From positions 502,844 through 566,843 of the forward strand of contig OY762063.1 in assembly GCA_963665075.1 (NCBI GenBank): a stretch of DNA of 64,000 nucleotides. The letters run 5' to 3'. A program made the translations under genes and the position numbers. Positions 62,992-64,000 of this stretch are shown here, piece after piece. Source of the stretch: Dehalococcoidia bacterium (GTDB lineage Bacteria; Chloroflexota; Dehalococcoidia; Lucifugimonadales; GCA-2712585). The notes beneath the pieces were generated by a model, which worked only from the letters and a program-made list of their open reading frames with translations, ran no database searches and was not told the origin of the DNA. How positions within the stretch are numbered: position 1 is the stretch's first letter; every line of letters begins with the position of its first letter.

Positions 62992-64000
62992 ATGCAATAC
63001 AACCTCGTTTCTGGAGATTCCCACGTAGACCTCAGCTGGCTTCCGGGCGACCTCTTCGTCGAAGGCGCCCCCGAAGCCCTCAAGGACAAAGTTCCGCGAA
63101 TCCAGGAAACCGACGAAGGCCCCCGCTGGATCGCCGAAGGCAACGTCCTCGGCGTCGCCAACGCCGCCGGCCACGGCTTCAGTGCCCCCGTCCGAGGAAT
63201 GCGTAAGCGCATCGACCGCATGTGGGACGCCGGCTTCTACGAAGGCGGCCCCCATCCCACCACTCCCGAACTCCGCCTCCAGGACATGGTCATGGACGGC
63301 ATCGACGCCGAGGTCCTCTACGGCATCACCGGCACCGGCATGCGCCTCAAAGACCACGACACCATCGCCGCCACCTACCGCACCTACAACGACTGGGTCG
63401 CCGACTTCTGCGACAGCAACCCCGGACGCTGGTACGCCCTCGCCTGCATCCCCATCCACGACCCCAACCTCGCGGCGGCGGAACTCCAACGCGCCGCCGA
63501 CAAAGGCCCCATCCGAGGCGCCGACCTCATCGCCAGCGAAGTCACCTGGCCCATCTACACCCGCGACGGATTCTGGGATCCCCTATGGGACGTCGTCGCC
63601 AAAAACCGCATGTCCATATCCTTCCACGTCGGCGGCGGTCGCATTCCCGTTCCCCCGCCGCCCAACGGCGACGCCTCAAACGGCGCCGACTCCCAGAACG
63701 AACTCGCCCACCAGGGCGTCACCCAATCCCTCGGCCAGCTCTCCGGCGTCCAGTGGCTCATCGGCATCATCCTCAGCGGCACCTGCGAAAAATTCCCCGA
63801 CTTCAAGTTCGTCATGGGCGAATGCGGCGCCGGCTGGGTCCCCTTCGTCCTCGGTCGCATGGACCACATCTACCTCGACAGCGCCCTCGACAAGAAGTTC
63901 GACCCGCCCCTCAGCCTGCTCCCCAGCGAGTACTGGTTCCGACAGGGCAGCACCACCTTCCAGGAAGAATCCGACGTCGCCCAGATGGCCCACCTCATCG
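62992..64000 (+). CDS. Amidohydrolase_2-family metal-dependent hydrolase (3'-truncated by the window end)
   Basis: It is not in the ORF track because it is open at the window edge. My translation from ATG 62992 (SD GGGAGGG upstream) reads MQYNLVSGDSHVDLSWLPGDLF...YRTYNDWVADFC...ISFHVGGG...MGECGAGWVPFVLGRMDH, with no stop through 64000. Confidence 0.8.
   Translation, partial: MQYNLVSGDSHVDLSWLPGDLFVEGAPEALKDKVPRIQETDEGPRWIAEGNVLGVANAAGHGFSAPVRGMRKRIDRMWDAGFYEGGPHPTTPELRLQDMVMDGIDAEVLYGITGTGMRLKDHDTIAATYRTYNDWVADFCDSNPGRWYALACIPIHDPNLAAAELQRAADKGPIRGADLIASEVTWPIYTRDGFWDPLWDVVAKNRMSISFHVGGGRIPVPPPPNGDASNGADSQNELAHQGVTQSLGQLSGVQWLIGIILSGTCEKFPDFKFVMGECGAGWVPFVLGRMDHIYLDSALDKKFDPPLSLLPSEYWFRQGSTTFQEESDVAQMAHLI

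Overview
High-G+C bacterial chromosomal segment, judged by eye and not computed, densely coding on both strands. The backbone is dominated by paralogous hydrolytic and catabolic enzymes. These are three amidohydrolase_2-type genes plus one imidazolonepropionase-like amidohydrolase, two amidases and three PuuE-like polysaccharide deacetylases. There is also an orphan Mo-hydroxylase large subunit, an Ldh_2 oxidoreductase, an acyl-CoA dehydrogenase with a MaoC dehydratase, a TPP enzyme, PLP enzymes, an SDR and a nitroreductase. Other content includes an ABC family-5 solute-binding protein, RecQ, an Nth-like glycosylase, an ERG6-like sterol C-24 methyltransferase homologue, and three copies of a DUF1800 -> NHL beta-propeller cassette. 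I also call one good tRNA-Gly(GCC), one aberrant tRNA-like sequence, and toxin-antitoxin-type modules: HigB with two HigA-like genes, and an NTase-like gene with an HTH gene.

Embedded in this backbone are short, visibly AT-richer islets carrying nuclease or defence-type genes, with no integrase or transposase:
- A small unknown protein plus an SNF2 helicase-Mrr nuclease fusion.
- A pentapeptide-repeat-FRG fusion.
- Two tandem HsdR_N-type PD-(D/E)xK paralogues plus an orphan HicB-like gene.
- A PD-(D/E)xK nuclease fused to 38 uninterrupted nonapeptide repeats plus another orphan HicB-like gene. I consider this the most novel object in the window.
- An Mrr gene next to tRNA-Gly.

Almost every other intergenic region is filled with a mosaic of at least eight short palindromic REP/MITE-like repeat families. 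Nearly all copies are in one orientation, and some have expanded into tandem arrays. No rRNA, true CRISPR array, integrase or transposase gene was found. Gene content and repeat style resemble SAR202/Chloroflexota-type genomes, possibly sponge-associated, but that attribution is inference only. Many long ORFs in the supplied track are antisense or off-frame shadow ORFs typical of high-GC DNA and are not reported.
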